Positions 25,568 to 37,500 are shown, counted from the stretch's first letter. The stretch: DNA of 52,463 nt from Candidatus Lloydbacteria bacterium (GCA_043719805.1 JAYSTI010000055.1:68760-121222), one strand, 5' to 3'. Notes: generated by a model from the sequence alone, not told the origin. Numbers and translations: made by a program.

Positions 25568-25713
25568 TTGTTTACTCCAATTTTTATAGTACAAAACCAG
25601 CAACAATCTAACATGCAGTAGATACATTGTAAATCTCGCTATCAATCCACTTTGACATGCATGAAGTTCGCTGCAATAACAAACAACCCGATTCTCTCAT
25701 GTAAATTTACGGG

Positions 25714-25911
25714 TCACTCGCGAGACAGAAGATCTTCGCGAAGCTTTGGTATGATACCCGGCTCGCTCGTTGTGTGTCCGGAGCGCACATATGGCCCAAC
25801 ACTTCCGTCCTTATAAGCAGACTGGTAAAGGATCTCCCCGTCCTCGGACGTAAACCTTACATCGACTACCTCCAGCGCGATACCATTCTCATGTTCAGGG
25901 TCATTTTCCAT
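25714..25911 (-). CDS. Hypothetical small protein (65 aa)
   Basis: ATG ORF filling an otherwise empty gap. No other support. Confidence 0.3.
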   Translation of the reverse strand: MENDPEHENGIALEVVDVRFTSEDGEILYQSAYKDGSVGPYVRSGHTTSEPGIIPKLREDLLSRE

Positions 25912-26041
25912 GCATTTATTTTACCCCACGAGAACATAAAAGCAACTTTGTGACAACGAACCGTGCCATAATGGCTCCCCACACACAGTGCGCTATACTA
26001 TAGACATTACTAGAGGCCAAGTGGTCATAAGCACTACTTCT

Positions 26042-27124
26042 ATGGACATCATGCACTCGCTCTATCGCGCAGTAAAACCGATCATCTTCAAATTGTCCCC
26101 AGACAATGCCCATGCAATATTCTTGGCCGCAGGAGAGATGATGGGCGCGATAGCTCCCACTCGCGCACTCATCGCTTCGCTCTATGAATATCGCGGTGAA
26201 GATATTTCAAAAACCGTTGATGGCGTGAAATACGAAACCCCCGTCTTGCTCTCCGCGGGGTTTGACTCCGACGGACGCCTCACACGCATCCTCCGACACC
26301 TTTCGTTCGGCGGAGAAGAAATAGGTTCTATTTCCGCCTACCCGTGTGAAGGCAACCCGCTTCCGCGCATGACGCGACTGGTACGCAACTGCAGCATCAT
26401 CGTCTACAAAGGACTTCGCAATAATGGTGTCGATGCGCTCATCAAACGACTAAAGGAGACTCCCCGCACCAAGGGATACGTTATCGGCATTTCCATCGCA
26501 CGCACCAATCGCAAGGAAAGCTGCGCCAACACCGAGGAGGGCATCAACGACTTTGCGCTTTCCTTCCAAAAACTCAACGAGGCAAATGTCGGTGATTACT
26601 ACACTATCAACATTTCATGTCCGAATGCTTTTTCGGGAGAGGCATTCACGAGCCCCGAACCACTGACGCGATTGCTCGCGCGCCTCGAAATGATTCCCTG
26701 TACGAAACCAGTATATTTGAAAATGCCGATTCATCTTTCAATGCCGGAATTTGATGCGCTACTACGCATCGCCGACAAGACAAGAATACGCGGTGTCATT
26801 TGCGGAAATCTCAACAAAAATTACAACGAACTCGACTTTCCTGAAGATGCGCCAAAAGAATTCCGTGGCGGACTTTCAGGGAAACCCTGCTTTGTCCGCA
26901 GCAACGCACTCATCCGCTACACGCGCGAGCACTTTGGAAATCGATTCACCATCATAGGCACGGGTGGCATTCTCTCGGCAGATGACGCGATGGAAAAATT
27001 CCGCTCCGGTGCAGACTTTGTACAACTTATCTCCGGCATGATGTTCACCTCGCCATCTCTGATGAAGCAGATATGCACGCAGTACGCAAAAGAGCGTCCT
27101 GTGTACCTCCAAAACAAGGCCTGA
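26042..27124 (+). CDS. pyrD: Dihydroorotate dehydrogenase-like flavoenzyme (PyrD family)
   Basis: The sequence has LSAGFD, NISCPN, GGLSGKP and IGTGGI...GADFVQL motifs. I prefer the ATG at 26042. Confidence 0.75.
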   Translation: MDIMHSLYRAVKPIIFKLSPDNAHAIFLAAGEMMGAIAPTRALIASLYEYRGEDISKTVDGVKYETPVLLSAGFDSDGRLTRILRHLSFGGEEIGSISAYPCEGNPLPRMTRLVRNCSIIVYKGLRNNGVDALIKRLKETPRTKGYVIGISIARTNRKESCANTEEGINDFALSFQKLNEANVGDYYTINISCPNAFSGEAFTSPEPLTRLLARLEMIPCTKPVYLKMPIHLSMPEFDALLRIADKTRIRGVICGNLNKNYNELDFPEDAPKEFRGGLSGKPCFVRSNALIRYTREHFGNRFTIIGTGGILSADDAMEKFRSGADFVQLISGMMFTSPSLMKQICTQYAKERPVYLQNKA

Positions 27125-27177
27125 ATTTAAAATCCCGTACCAGTTCTTCGTGGACGCAAATAGAAGAACGGACTATA

Positions 27178-27690
27178 ATGTGGGTAATTATGACACGCAA
27201 AGCAGAGCAACCTAAAATACCGAAGGAAATAGTGCCGGATTCCACACTTGAGCGCATCGCGATTGGGACGACTAACTCTATCGGCTCTCTTCCCTCGCTG
27301 GTAATCCATTCTATTTTTTTTGTGGGAATCTTTAGTCTCCAGTGGTTTGGCTATGCCCTTGAGCAGATTATGCTCATCCTGACCACTGTCGTGTCACTTG
27401 AAGCCATCTATCTTTCAATCTTCATCCAAATGTCCGTTAACCGCCAGGCCAAGCAAATTGCCGAGGTAAGTGAAGACATCGAAGAAATCCAAGAAGACAC
27501 GAAAGAGATTAGTGAGGACGTTGAGGACATTCAGGAGGATGTCGACCATATCAAGGAAGACGTTGAGGACCTCGGAGAAGACTTTGAGAAAAGTGAGGAA
27601 GGCGAAGGTCGCGAAATGGAAAAAATTCACCAGATAGAGAAGGTTCTTGAGGAGCTACTTCGCGAAATAAAGTCTGTCAAAGCACGATAG
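27178..27690 (+). CDS. DUF1003-like membrane protein with an acidic heptad-repeat tail
   Basis: Two TM helices are followed by SIFIQMSVNRQAKQ (cf. the DUF1003 MSQNRQ motif). I prefer the ATG at 27178 because the longer track ORF overlaps pyrD. Confidence 0.6.
   Translation: MWVIMTRKAEQPKIPKEIVPDSTLERIAIGTTNSIGSLPSLVIHSIFFVGIFSLQWFGYALEQIMLILTTVVSLEAIYLSIFIQMSVNRQAKQIAEVSEDIEEIQEDTKEISEDVEDIQEDVDHIKEDVEDLGEDFEKSEEGEGREMEKIHQIEKVLEELLREIKSVKAR
27472..27597 (+). repeat. Six tandem 21-nt (7-aa) repeats inside the CDS
   Basis: The units are EDIEEIQ / EDTKEIS / EDVEDIQ / EDVDHIK / EDVEDLG / EDFEKSE. Confidence 0.8.
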
Positions 27691-27706
27691 TACGCCTACC
27701 GCTCGC

Positions 27707-30211
27707 CTACGGCGCCAATGGAAATCTGCGATAAAAGAAGTACTTTGATGTTTCTGCAAGCACGAGATATCCGACCACAATTCCCGCAATAAAGAGGAGT
27801 GTCATGGGCGCGAGTGCGGCAAATGAAAGTACTGTGCCGAGCGGAGTAAACGGTATCACCCAAGCAAATGCCAGCACACCCAGTACACTTCCGACTACAT
27901 AGCGACTTGGTTTACTCTTATAGAATGGTACGCGCTTGGTACGAATGACAAAGACCACCAATATCTGCGTTGCAATCGATTCAATGAACCATCCCGTTTG
28001 AAAATGTTGCTCATCTAAATGCAACACAACATACAAAAGGTAGAAAGTGAAAAAATCGAACAGCGAACTCACGATCCCAAACACAACAATATACTTTGAA
28101 AACTCGTGCATATCCCAGCGCAATGGTTTTTTAATCGACTCCTCATCCGTGTTATCGCTCGGCAATGTTGTCTGCGAGAGGTCATACAAAAAGTTATTGA
28201 GCAATATCTGCGAGGACAGCATCGGGAGAAACGGCAATATTACGGAAGCCCCCATCATGGAAAACATATTCCCAAAATTCGAGCTGAACCCCATCTTGAT
28301 GTACTTCAATGTGTTTTGAAAAGTCTTTCTTCCCTCAATAACGCCGGCCTTCAGGACGTGAAGATCCTTGGTGAGCAAAATAATGTCTGCAGTTTCCTTT
28401 GCAACATCAACGGCGTTGTTCACGGAGATTCCGACATCCGCTGCCCTTAAAACGGGGGCATCATTAATGCCGTCACCCATATAGCCGACGGTATGCCCAG
28501 CCTTGCGCAAAATACTCACGATGCGCTCTTTTTGTTCTGGGGAAACGCGCGCAAAAATTGTTAGGGAATCAACTTGTGCGGTCAGTTCTTCATCGGAAAG
28601 AGTATCGAGCTCAGAGCCGATAATCATCCCCTTCACCTCAATCTCAAGATCGCGGCAAATACGTTGTGTGAGTATCTCGCTGTCGCCGGTAATAATCTTG
28701 ACCTCGATTGCGAGCGCCCGAAGTTCTTCGAGTGCCGTGCGCGCACTCTGCTTTGCGGGATCAAGAAACGCGGCAAACCCGAGAAAGGTCATCTCTTCTT
28801 CCTCTTTTCGTGCATACGTCTTCCGCTCTTCTTTCGGCAGTGTTTTCAAAGCGATTGCGAGTACGCGGAATCCGTCTGCAGAGAGTCGGTCATATTCGTC
28901 GTGCGCCTCTTTGGCAATTTCCGGAGTGAATGCAACGCGCTCAGTACCGCGCAAAAACCACGTCGCAATGGAAAGTACTCCTTCCGGTGCACCCTTTGTC
29001 ACCATGAGCCTTTCGTTTCCATGTTCAAGGACGACGGAGTCGCGCTTGCGCTCAAAGTCAAAGGGTATCTCATCAACCTTCTTGTACCCGTCAACATCCA
29101 TCTTGCCGTGCACTTGAATAGCAACATCCAGCGGGCTTTTTCGCGCAGTATGAAAGACACTACTGAGATAGGAGTGCAGCATGACGTTCGGTGATTTAAC
29201 TCCAGACACATCGACACACTTCACCAGCTCGATGCGATCCTCTGTCAGTGTCCCCGTTTTGTCTGTACACAAGATATCCATGCTGCCAAAATTTTGCACC
29301 GCTGCAAGGTTCTTGACGATGACCTCCTTCTTGGCCATCACCATTGACCCATGAGAGAGCGCAACGGACATGATGACCGGAAGAAGCTCCGGGGTAAGCC
29401 CCACCGCTATCGCAACCGCAAAAAGAAACGAATCAAACACACCTCGTCCAAAATAGGCGTTGAGCGCAAAAACAATTACCACCATGACCACCGTCAAACG
29501 CATAACGAACACGCTAAATTCCTTTAGGCTTCGGTCGAAATTTGTTTCTTCTTCATTTGCGGAAAGTCTCTCGGCAATCTTTCCAAATTCAGCTTTTGCT
29601 CCTGTTTGTACGACCATTGCGACCGCATACCCTGTCACCACTGAGGTCCCCATGAATACGGCAGTATCATCGCCCAGCTTTACCGACACATCTATTTGTG
29701 GGGGTACGGATGCAACGTGCTTTTCGAGCGGGAACGACTCACCGGTGAGTGCGGACTGATTTACAAAAAAATCGTCCGCCGACATGATGATACAGTCGGC
29801 GGGAATTACGTCACCCGCGGAAAATTCAACCATATCCCCCGGCACGAGCGCGTGAAACGAGACTTCCTGTTTTTTTCCGTCGCGGAAGACCGTTGCGGTC
29901 GACGCGACCTGCGCGAGCAATTTTTCGGCGACTTTTTCTGATTTGTAACTATTGAGAAAATCGAGTATCGCGGAAACAAACACCATAAAAAGGATGATTG
30001 TCGCGCTCACGCGTTGCCCCAGGAAGAATGAAACGGTAGAGGCTCCAATAAGGAGAAGGAGGAGCGGGCTATTGAATTTTTTTATGAAGGCGATGATTGG
30101 GCGCAATCGCTTCCGGTGATAGATGGTGTTTTCACCATATCTCTGAAGTCGCAGTGCGGCCTCTTTTGTGGTAAGTCCTTTGGCAGCCAAGGGTGATATT
30201 GGGTCAGTCAT
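27707..30211 (-). CDS. mgtA: Magnesium-translocating P-type ATPase (MgtA-like)
   Basis: DKTGTLT, TGDS and GDGINDAP are present, plus the MgtA-type segment LLNNFLYDLSQTTLPSDNTDEE. Confidence 0.85.
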   Translation of the reverse strand: MTDPISPLAAKGLTTKEAALRLQRYGENTIYHRKRLRPIIAFIKKFNSPLLLLLIGASTVSFFLGQRVSATIILFMVFVSAILDFLNSYKSEKVAEKLLAQVASTATVFRDGKKQEVSFHALVPGDMVEFSAGDVIPADCIIMSADDFFVNQSALTGESFPLEKHVASVPPQIDVSVKLGDDTAVFMGTSVVTGYAVAMVVQTGAKAEFGKIAERLSANEEETNFDRSLKEFSVFVMRLTVVMVVIVFALNAYFGRGVFDSFLFAVAIAVGLTPELLPVIMSVALSHGSMVMAKKEVIVKNLAAVQNFGSMDILCTDKTGTLTEDRIELVKCVDVSGVKSPNVMLHSYLSSVFHTARKSPLDVAIQVHGKMDVDGYKKVDEIPFDFERKRDSVVLEHGNERLMVTKGAPEGVLSIATWFLRGTERVAFTPEIAKEAHDEYDRLSADGFRVLAIALKTLPKEERKTYARKEEEEMTFLGFAAFLDPAKQSARTALEELRALAIEVKIITGDSEILTQRICRDLEIEVKGMIIGSELDTLSDEELTAQVDSLTIFARVSPEQKERIVSILRKAGHTVGYMGDGINDAPVLRAADVGISVNNAVDVAKETADIILLTKDLHVLKAGVIEGRKTFQNTLKYIKMGFSSNFGNMFSMMGASVILPFLPMLSSQILLNNFLYDLSQTTLPSDNTDEESIKKPLRWDMHEFSKYIVVFGIVSSLFDFFTFYLLYVVLHLDEQHFQTGWFIESIATQILVVFVIRTKRVPFYKSKPSRYVVGSVLGVLAFAWVIPFTPLGTVLSFAALAPMTLLFIAGIVVGYLVLAETSKYFFYRRFPLAP

Positions 30212-30235
30212 ACCACACAGTATAGCATTCGCGTA

Positions 30236-30688
30236 CTATTTTTCACCCAGCAGAAGTCTAACAAGACTACTCACTTCTTCGACTATCTCGGCAAATGTCG
30301 CATCCGTCAAGGATTCAATGGTCTCTGCATCCAGCCCCCGAGGGTTAACATCCTCCACGCTCCACACATAATATTTTTGCAGAACAGGCCTAATTTTATC
30401 ACTGCACTCTAGATAGACATCCTTATTCATGAAAACAACAACATCGGACTCTTCCAAATTTTCTTTTGTCGACTGCGCCCAACTCGCTTTCCCGTACGTC
30501 GCAATATCATGTGCAGCAAGGATTCTCGCGGCATAAGTTGTAATTGGACCATTAAGATTGTCCGAAGCCTCGATGCCACTTGATACTGCAGACCAGTCTG
30601 GAATAGCGAGTGAATTGAAATATGCTTCCGCCAGCCTGCTGCGATAAGTATTTCCCCGACAAACGAAGTGGGCCTTCATTGTCTTCAT
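30236..30688 (-). CDS. Low-molecular-weight protein-tyrosine phosphatase / ArsC-like
   Basis: The P-loop is VCRGNTYRS (CxGNxxRS). Confidence 0.8.
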   Translation of the reverse strand: MKTMKAHFVCRGNTYRSRLAEAYFNSLAIPDWSAVSSGIEASDNLNGPITTYAARILAAHDIATYGKASWAQSTKENLEESDVVVFMNKDVYLECSDKIRPVLQKYYVWSVEDVNPRGLDAETIESLTDATFAEIVEEVSSLVRLLLGEK

Positions 30689-31107
30689 AGTGCTAAAACC
30701 AAACGATTAACGAGAGCCTCCCTCTCCTTCGGAGACAATATCATTCGCTCTTTTCCGTCATGTTCGGTATCTCCCAAAAGAATATCAGGGATGAGATGGT
30801 AATGCAGATGCGGGACGCTCTTTCCCGACCCCATTCCCTCACGAACTAGCAGTGTTATATTTTCATGCCCCAGCTTATTCAACATGCGCACGCCGGTTCG
30901 CTGCAATGCATCGAGGTCGTTCATCATTTTTTCAGAGATATCGAGAACATGCTCGATGTGCTGTTTCGGGATGACCAAAAGATGGTCCGGGCGGTAGGGT
31001 GCGAGGGAGTAGGTGAGGAATGCATTCTCATTCTCGGTAACTACGCGTTGCCCTAGAACGCAAAACGGGCACTCCACTACGGTCACCAAAAAATCCTTAT
31101 ATTTCAT
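30685..31107 (-). CDS. HIT-family nucleotide hydrolase/transferase
   Basis: The histidine triad is HLHYHLIP. The gene has a 4-nt ATGA overlap with the phosphatase gene. Confidence 0.85.
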   Translation of the reverse strand: MKYKDFLVTVVECPFCVLGQRVVTENENAFLTYSLAPYRPDHLLVIPKQHIEHVLDISEKMMNDLDALQRTGVRMLNKLGHENITLLVREGMGSGKSVPHLHYHLIPDILLGDTEHDGKERMILSPKEREALVNRLVLAL

Positions 31108-31215
31108 TCTTTGAGTATATCAATACTTTGCCAATAAATCTTTTGGCCATGTTTACTCTACGAAAAATCCGGGGAGTTGCTCGTGTCTCTCGTCACAAAT
31201 AACTGCTCACTCGAC

Positions 31216-32016
31216 CTACCTTTTCGTGGCAACGATCACTTGGAAATTTCCGAAGCAATAGGTCGTCCGTTCACACGTCCATAGTCCGGAGCACTCGAGA
31301 AGCTTCACCGGGTCATGACTATCCCAAAGCGCCAGTCCGTACGGCTCGAAGACGTAAAAATAGATACGACTTAGCATGCGCATGAAGAGCGCGTCCGGAC
31401 AGTGAAACTCGGCGAGAATAAGCTTCCCACCTGAAATGACCACGCGGCCGGCCTCTTGGAGTACCTCCTCTTTCCGGTGGTCCTGAAGCTCGTGCAGAAG
31501 AAAAAATATCACATTAACGGCGACTGAACTGCTTTCTTGCTGCATGTGCATAGCGTTTTCTTCGACAAACTTGGTCTTTTTGCGAAACTCCCTGAGCTTC
31601 CGAGCTGCGTGCAGAAGTTCGTTCTTGATAATGTCCACCACAATCACACGCCGTGCGCCACATTCGATGGAGGCACGCACGACGCGTGAAAGGACATTTC
31701 CGAACGCGCACGAAGTTACGAGCACAGTTTTGCCGGCGAGCACAGTTTGCCCTAGCTCGTCAACGATACGGCTGACGAGTTTTTCGTATTGAAACAAAAG
31801 TATTGCGGAAATGAGCGGCTGAAAATCGATAAGCGTAATCAACCACATCTCTGAATATGCAGGATACACGTGGGCCGTCGGTCCTTTTGATGTTCCAATC
31901 CACGCACGCACAAGAAGTGCTCCGCGCGTCACCGCGAAAAAGAAAATACCGATTCCGGCGAGGAGTAAAAGTACGATGACGACGAGGAGTGAAGTGGTAT
32001 CGAAAAATGTTCCCAT
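31216..32016 (-). CDS. Membrane-anchored class I SAM-dependent methyltransferase-like protein
   Basis: An N-terminal TM helix is followed by GKTVLVTSCAFGN (a variant motif I) and GGKLILAEF. I prefer the ATG at 32016. Confidence 0.55.
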   Translation of the reverse strand: MGTFFDTTSLLVVIVLLLLAGIGIFFFAVTRGALLVRAWIGTSKGPTAHVYPAYSEMWLITLIDFQPLISAILLFQYEKLVSRIVDELGQTVLAGKTVLVTSCAFGNVLSRVVRASIECGARRVIVVDIIKNELLHAARKLREFRKKTKFVEENAMHMQQESSSVAVNVIFFLLHELQDHRKEEVLQEAGRVVISGGKLILAEFHCPDALFMRMLSRIYFYVFEPYGLALWDSHDPVKLLECSGLWTCERTTYCFGNFQVIVATKR

Positions 32017-32391
32017 GATAAATAACTCCTTTATAAAATAACTCACTGCGAGGACACACCCTATCGTAAGGTCGAAGACAGTGACTTGCAAAATGCTGCT
32101 TCAAACAACTAGCGCTATTCCGGTCATAAAATATACGCATCCCAACACACCAAGAGAGCGGGTCGACTGTGTGCGCTATTATATCTCACGCCCGAATATT
32201 GGACAAAGAGTCGCCGGATAGCGGGGATAGATCAATCCGCATTGCGCGTTTTGCATTACCACCGCAAGTACCTTCGTTAGCCTATTCGCAATCTATTTCA
32301 ATACTATGGTCAAATAATTTTGAAGTCATCGACATGAGCACTCCTCAGACGAAAGATTTGAAGAATACTCATCACGGGTTAGACTGAATGT

Positions 32392-34557
32392 ATGAAATTC
32401 GTTAGGCGGAACAACTCTGCAACACACAGGGGCGGAGGGGGGGCAAGCATCTCATCGTGGATGCGACTCAAAAAATCAATTGCAAAAAGAAAGCGCGGAC
32501 TACTTATCGCCGCCAGCGCGCTGCTGCTGATGCTTTTGCTCGGAACCGGAAAATTGAACTCCACGCTTCATACCGCTTACGATGGCGAAATTTCCAAACA
32601 GATACTTGACGGCAAAGGAGAACTGCTGGAGCGTCTACCAAATCAACGAGGCCACTACATGACCCTTGGCACAAGCACCCCACGTGTGCGAGAGCTCATT
32701 ATAAAAAAGGAGGACAAATTTTTTTATTACCATCCGGGGATTAATCCCGGAAGTATCGTGCGCGGCCTATTCCACTCATTCGTATATGGAGTACACGCCG
32801 GCGGGAGCACAATCACACAGCAACTGGTAAAAAATCTCCTTGGTCACGAAAATAACCGCACTACACTAAACAGACTTACGGAGTCGCTCTATGCGATGGC
32901 ACTTGAACTCTATACGCCAAAAGACGAGATACTTACCATGTATTTAAGTACGGCATATTTCGGCAATCAGATTGAAGGAATCGAGGGTGGGTCGCAATAC
33001 TATTTCGGAAAAAATACCGCAGATCTCACAGACGGAGAAATCGTACGTCTAATCGCACTTCTCAGTGCCCCCTCGTTTCAACCAGGTAGCGCGGGTAATA
33101 CCGTGCGTGCAACAGGGCTGGGAAAACGCATCGGGGTAGCGGAAATATCCGCCTACGCGAGTATCCCCCGCGCAGTTCGTGAGACAAAGAAAGACCCGGC
33201 GATGTTTGAACTCGCATCGCTTGCGCCGCCCGCAAATTGCGGCCATGCATGTACACTTTCCGTCGACAGAGAACTCACTGCGAAAATTCGCGAGATTGTT
33301 CACGACAAACTAGGTACGAAGCAGTTTAATAGCGTTTCCAATGCGGCCGTCGTCGTCATAAAATTGGGAAAAAATGCGGAACCGAATAGCCTACTCGCGC
33401 TTGTCGGGACTCCTAATCCGTACGGGAGTGCTGACGGGAATCAAATCAACATGGCGTTATCGCCCCGACCGATAGGCTCAACATGGAAGCCGTATATTTA
33501 CGGCAAAGCGATTGAAGCAGGGGCTCGGCCGTACTCCTTAATTGACGACACGGAATACCGCTACGAAATTGGTACGGGATATGCATTTTACCCAAAAAAT
33601 TATGATGGGATTTATCGCGGGGATGTGACCCTGCATTACGCGCTCTCAAACAGCCTGAATGTCCCGGCGGTGCGGGCGCTTCAACTTGACGGCGTTGACG
33701 CATTTGGAACATTCATGAAAGATACGCTCGGATTTATTCCGCGACAATCGTTTGATACATACCAACTTTCTGTCGCGCTCGGCGGACTCGAAATGAATCC
33801 GCTACTACTCGCGCACTATTTCACGGTTTTTCCGCGAAATGGAATGCTCGCGCCGCTTGAATTATTAAAAGGGACGGCCATGGAGATTCCCATGTCGATA
33901 TTGCCGACGCAGCCTCGACGAATATTTTATTCGACGACCACCGCGCTCATCAACAAAATGCTTTCTGATCGACTCATGGGAGTCGAGCAATTTGGGCTTG
34001 AGGGAAATCTCAATCTTCCCTTTGCCGAGTACGCGGTCAAAACAGGGACGTCCTATGACTATCACGACAGCTGGACCGTCGGATACACGCCGGACGCTGT
34101 CGTCGTGGTCTGGATTGGCAACAGCAACAACAAACCGATGGACCTCCTGACGGGAGCGCGAGGCGCAGGAAAAATATGGAATGATGTGATGACGCTACTC
34201 TTGGCACGTGGAGACATTCAACCTCAAGCATTTGAGACAAGCGCAATCGTTGACGTTGAAACTAAAGACGGTCGTTCTCTTGGACTCATCGATGACGATG
34301 TGGAATATTCGCGCAACATCATGAAAGACCACGAAACAATACTTGAGCCGCACGACAAGGACGTGCTTCAGTATCAACATGGAATGAGCGTACCACTTCG
34401 CGCAACGAAGTCCCTCTCGTGGCGGGTAAACGGAAAAATCTTGGGTGATGGCGAAAAAATATTTTGGTCCCCAACTGAAGCAGGAGACTACACTATTGAA
34501 GCAAATGAAAAAGGAGGACTGCTTGTTGCAACCCTCCACCTTCATGTCGTAGAGTGA
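32392..34557 (+). CDS. pbpC: Bifunctional penicillin-binding protein, PbpC (PBP1C)-type
   Basis: The GT51 motifs are EDKFFYYHPG and GGSTITQQ. The transpeptidase motifs are STWKP (SxxK), SNSLN (SxN) and KTGTS. The C-terminal SLSWRVNGKILG...AGDYTIEA resembles the PBP1C C-terminal domain. Confidence 0.85.
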   Translation: MKFVRRNNSATHRGGGGASISSWMRLKKSIAKRKRGLLIAASALLLMLLLGTGKLNSTLHTAYDGEISKQILDGKGELLERLPNQRGHYMTLGTSTPRVRELIIKKEDKFFYYHPGINPGSIVRGLFHSFVYGVHAGGSTITQQLVKNLLGHENNRTTLNRLTESLYAMALELYTPKDEILTMYLSTAYFGNQIEGIEGGSQYYFGKNTADLTDGEIVRLIALLSAPSFQPGSAGNTVRATGLGKRIGVAEISAYASIPRAVRETKKDPAMFELASLAPPANCGHACTLSVDRELTAKIREIVHDKLGTKQFNSVSNAAVVVIKLGKNAEPNSLLALVGTPNPYGSADGNQINMALSPRPIGSTWKPYIYGKAIEAGARPYSLIDDTEYRYEIGTGYAFYPKNYDGIYRGDVTLHYALSNSLNVPAVRALQLDGVDAFGTFMKDTLGFIPRQSFDTYQLSVALGGLEMNPLLLAHYFTVFPRNGMLAPLELLKGTAMEIPMSILPTQPRRIFYSTTTALINKMLSDRLMGVEQFGLEGNLNLPFAEYAVKTGTSYDYHDSWTVGYTPDAVVVVWIGNSNNKPMDLLTGARGAGKIWNDVMTLLLARGDIQPQAFETSAIVDVETKDGRSLGLIDDDVEYSRNIMKDHETILEPHDKDVLQYQHGMSVPLRATKSLSWRVNGKILGDGEKIFWSPTEAGDYTIEANEKGGLLVATLHLHVVE

Positions 34558-34563
34558 CCGTCG

Positions 34564-37500
34564 TTATTCTGACTTCTTTATGACCGTGAACGTACCGCCT
34601 GCAGTGCGTCCAAAATTCTCCGGTGTATACATTTCACTCACCACCATCGGCAGGTACTGATATGTCCCCGGAATAAGCGCCCGCACATAATAGTCATAGA
34701 CATACTCTCCCTGACTAAGCTGGCTGACGAAGACAAAGAGGCGGTCATCATGAGCCTCAATCGCCGTTGGATAGAGTGGCCCCATCGCATTGTCTCTATT
34801 TCCATATGTAGCATCATCGAGCACGCCGTCGGTCTCACTACTCGGCCCTACGGCTTTTCCACCGAAGGAGAATATCCCCGCAAGACTCTGCCCAAACCAT
34901 GACTTGGAGCCTCGTGCGCCATTATTCACTCCGTAGTCTCTACGAGAGGTGTTGTCATTTCCCAGACTCTGGTCTTCGGTGAGTAACCGCTGATTGACAA
35001 TCTCGACACCCGCGGGGATAAAGTCTTCGATTGCAACATTGAAGCGTGTTATTGGTGTGCTCAGGATGATTCTCCCATGCAGTACCTCCCCTTGTATCGC
35101 CTCGGTGACGGGGTGAGCAAACTCCGTATCGTCTGCTCGATACAATGCGCGCTGCACACTGAAACCCTCGTCGCGCGGAGCAATTGATGCGGCGGGGAGA
35201 TAGTATCGGAGCAGCATGTCATAATAATATGCGTCATTTGCAAGTCCGAGATTCTTCTTCAGGAATTGTATCGTCTGACTCTCTCCTTTTTTAAGCATGC
35301 CCATCGGGACACTGGTCGCATGCGCCGTGAGTATATTTTTTTTGTTGAACTCAGTAGAAATAATCGGCTGTGTATCGAGCGACACCGCGACGCTCATTTG
35401 TGCACTTGCTTCATTCGTCCACTTCAGATACTCCGTCACCGCATCAATTACCGTGATTGAATTGTATGTCGACGACCATCCTCCATCGTGCGATTTTCCG
35501 CTTTTGATTGCCCGAATGAACCCCTCCAAGAGTGGTGAATCGCGCTCAGCCTCAGAAAACGCCTTCAATGCAAGTGCGGTATTTGCAATTGCGTTTTCAG
35601 AAAAACGGGACGGCACCGCCGCATTCACATTAATGGTCGTCCCACGCGCATCGATGTGACTTCTGTTCTCGAACTCTGCGAACAATCGTGAGGTAGCGAA
35701 CATGCCGAATTTCTCTTTTGTCGAGAGTATCGCAAGATATGCGAGTGCGGGAGTACTCAGACCCTCATGCACCAACGCTTTGTCGTTTGCGTACGTATTC
35801 AATTTTGCTCGCATCGCGACACTCGTGTATTGTGCGTCTCCGGCCTTCGAAAGCACATACGAACCGGCAATGATGTCCTCGCTCGAAAGAGGCCTATCCG
35901 CGCGAGGATAATTGATAAAATTAAATACATACTGCGCCGATTGTGCAAACTTACTCTGGTCTATCGCGTAGCCTGCCTTTTTCAGATCGATGTACGTTTC
36001 AAGTGTTTCAAGTGTCACTCCGTAGTCAGGAGGGAGATTTGCATAATATGGCATCCCACCGTCCGGCAGCTGATTTTGATATAACTTCGCCAATCCATTC
36101 TGCACGATTTGGTCTATCGTAAACTGCGTTGCGCCAATTGCGACGAGCTTCGGTAGCATCGGTGTTGTCGTGCCGAATAACTGTGCATTTTGTTTCACGA
36201 TGGCAATCGTACGCAATTTGCTTGCGACCTGTTCGCTACATTCATACGGATAAATTATCATCCCTTCTACTGCACTATCAAGCAGGGACGCCATCGTCGC
36301 GCTTATCGAAACAGTAAGTTCTCCCCGATCGGCAACGACATTCTTCGGAAGATAAAGCTGTTCTTTCCAATTTGCATCGGTCACACGCCCTGCAGTGACG
36401 CTAAACTCATACGTATCGTTTCGCTCTATAGGAAAGGTGCTCAAGACGACATCCTCATACACGTCATTTTTTGCGAGAAGCGTAAACTCGTGATTTCCCA
36501 TGACGACCGATTCCGGTGCGACTACAGGAAACGAAATACTTATTGAGGTGTGCGGTTCAACCGAAATTGTCGCTTCGTGACTCCCTGTGAAGGTAAGCGA
36601 AGGTGCAGTCACGGAAACGTTCAACTTCTGCATTTGGTCAGACTCGTTGAATATGGTTCCGCCCACAGAAAAACTATCCCCCGGGAGAATGAATCGCGGC
36701 TTGAGCGGCACTGCCATGACGGATTTCCTCGCAGTAAAGTCACTGTACCCGACACCAATCTTCGTTTCCTTCGTCACGCCGACACTTTCCACCTGCCACT
36801 CTGTAAGATTATCCGGAAGCGTAAATTCAACACCTGCCTTTCCGCTTGCGTCGGTCAGAACTACGCCCTCCCAATGCGCCGTGTCACGAAACACACCACG
36901 CTTCTTTTTTTCAAGGTCGTCGCCTCCGCCGCCGCCTTTTGTGCCGATGGGAATCTCCGCAATATTGAGAATATTCTTTACATTCATCGCAGTGCGAATA
37001 GTCAGCGGCTCACCATTGTAAAAGAACGTCACCGGCTGTTTCTTCGGATTTCCGACAAGTGCAAGCACGCTCATGTCGACGACAGCAATCGAAAGCTCGG
37101 CCTGCACGGGATTTCCCTTCGAATCTTTTGCCGTCACCGCGAGGCTCACCTTCTCGCCGGGCAAATATGTTTTTTTACTTGGGATGATCTCTATCGTCAA
37201 CTCTTTTTCCTTTGCGCCGATACTGTAGTGCACTTCGCCGTATTTTATTTCCGGAAGTGGCGAGAGTAGGAGTACGCTTGCAACAACATTGGGAATGTAT
37301 TGCTCGGTCGCGGTAAAACGATATTCAGTTAGTTGCGAATTTACATCGATGACTTTGTGCTCATAAGTGTTGCCGCGCGCGAGTGTGACCAACGCCCTTG
37401 CGTGCGGGTACGGCGACTTAATCACGAACGTGCCTACTCCACCGACTGCCAGATCGGTCTTGGCCGCAACTAATTCCAATGTCGCATTGTTCGTCGGGCG

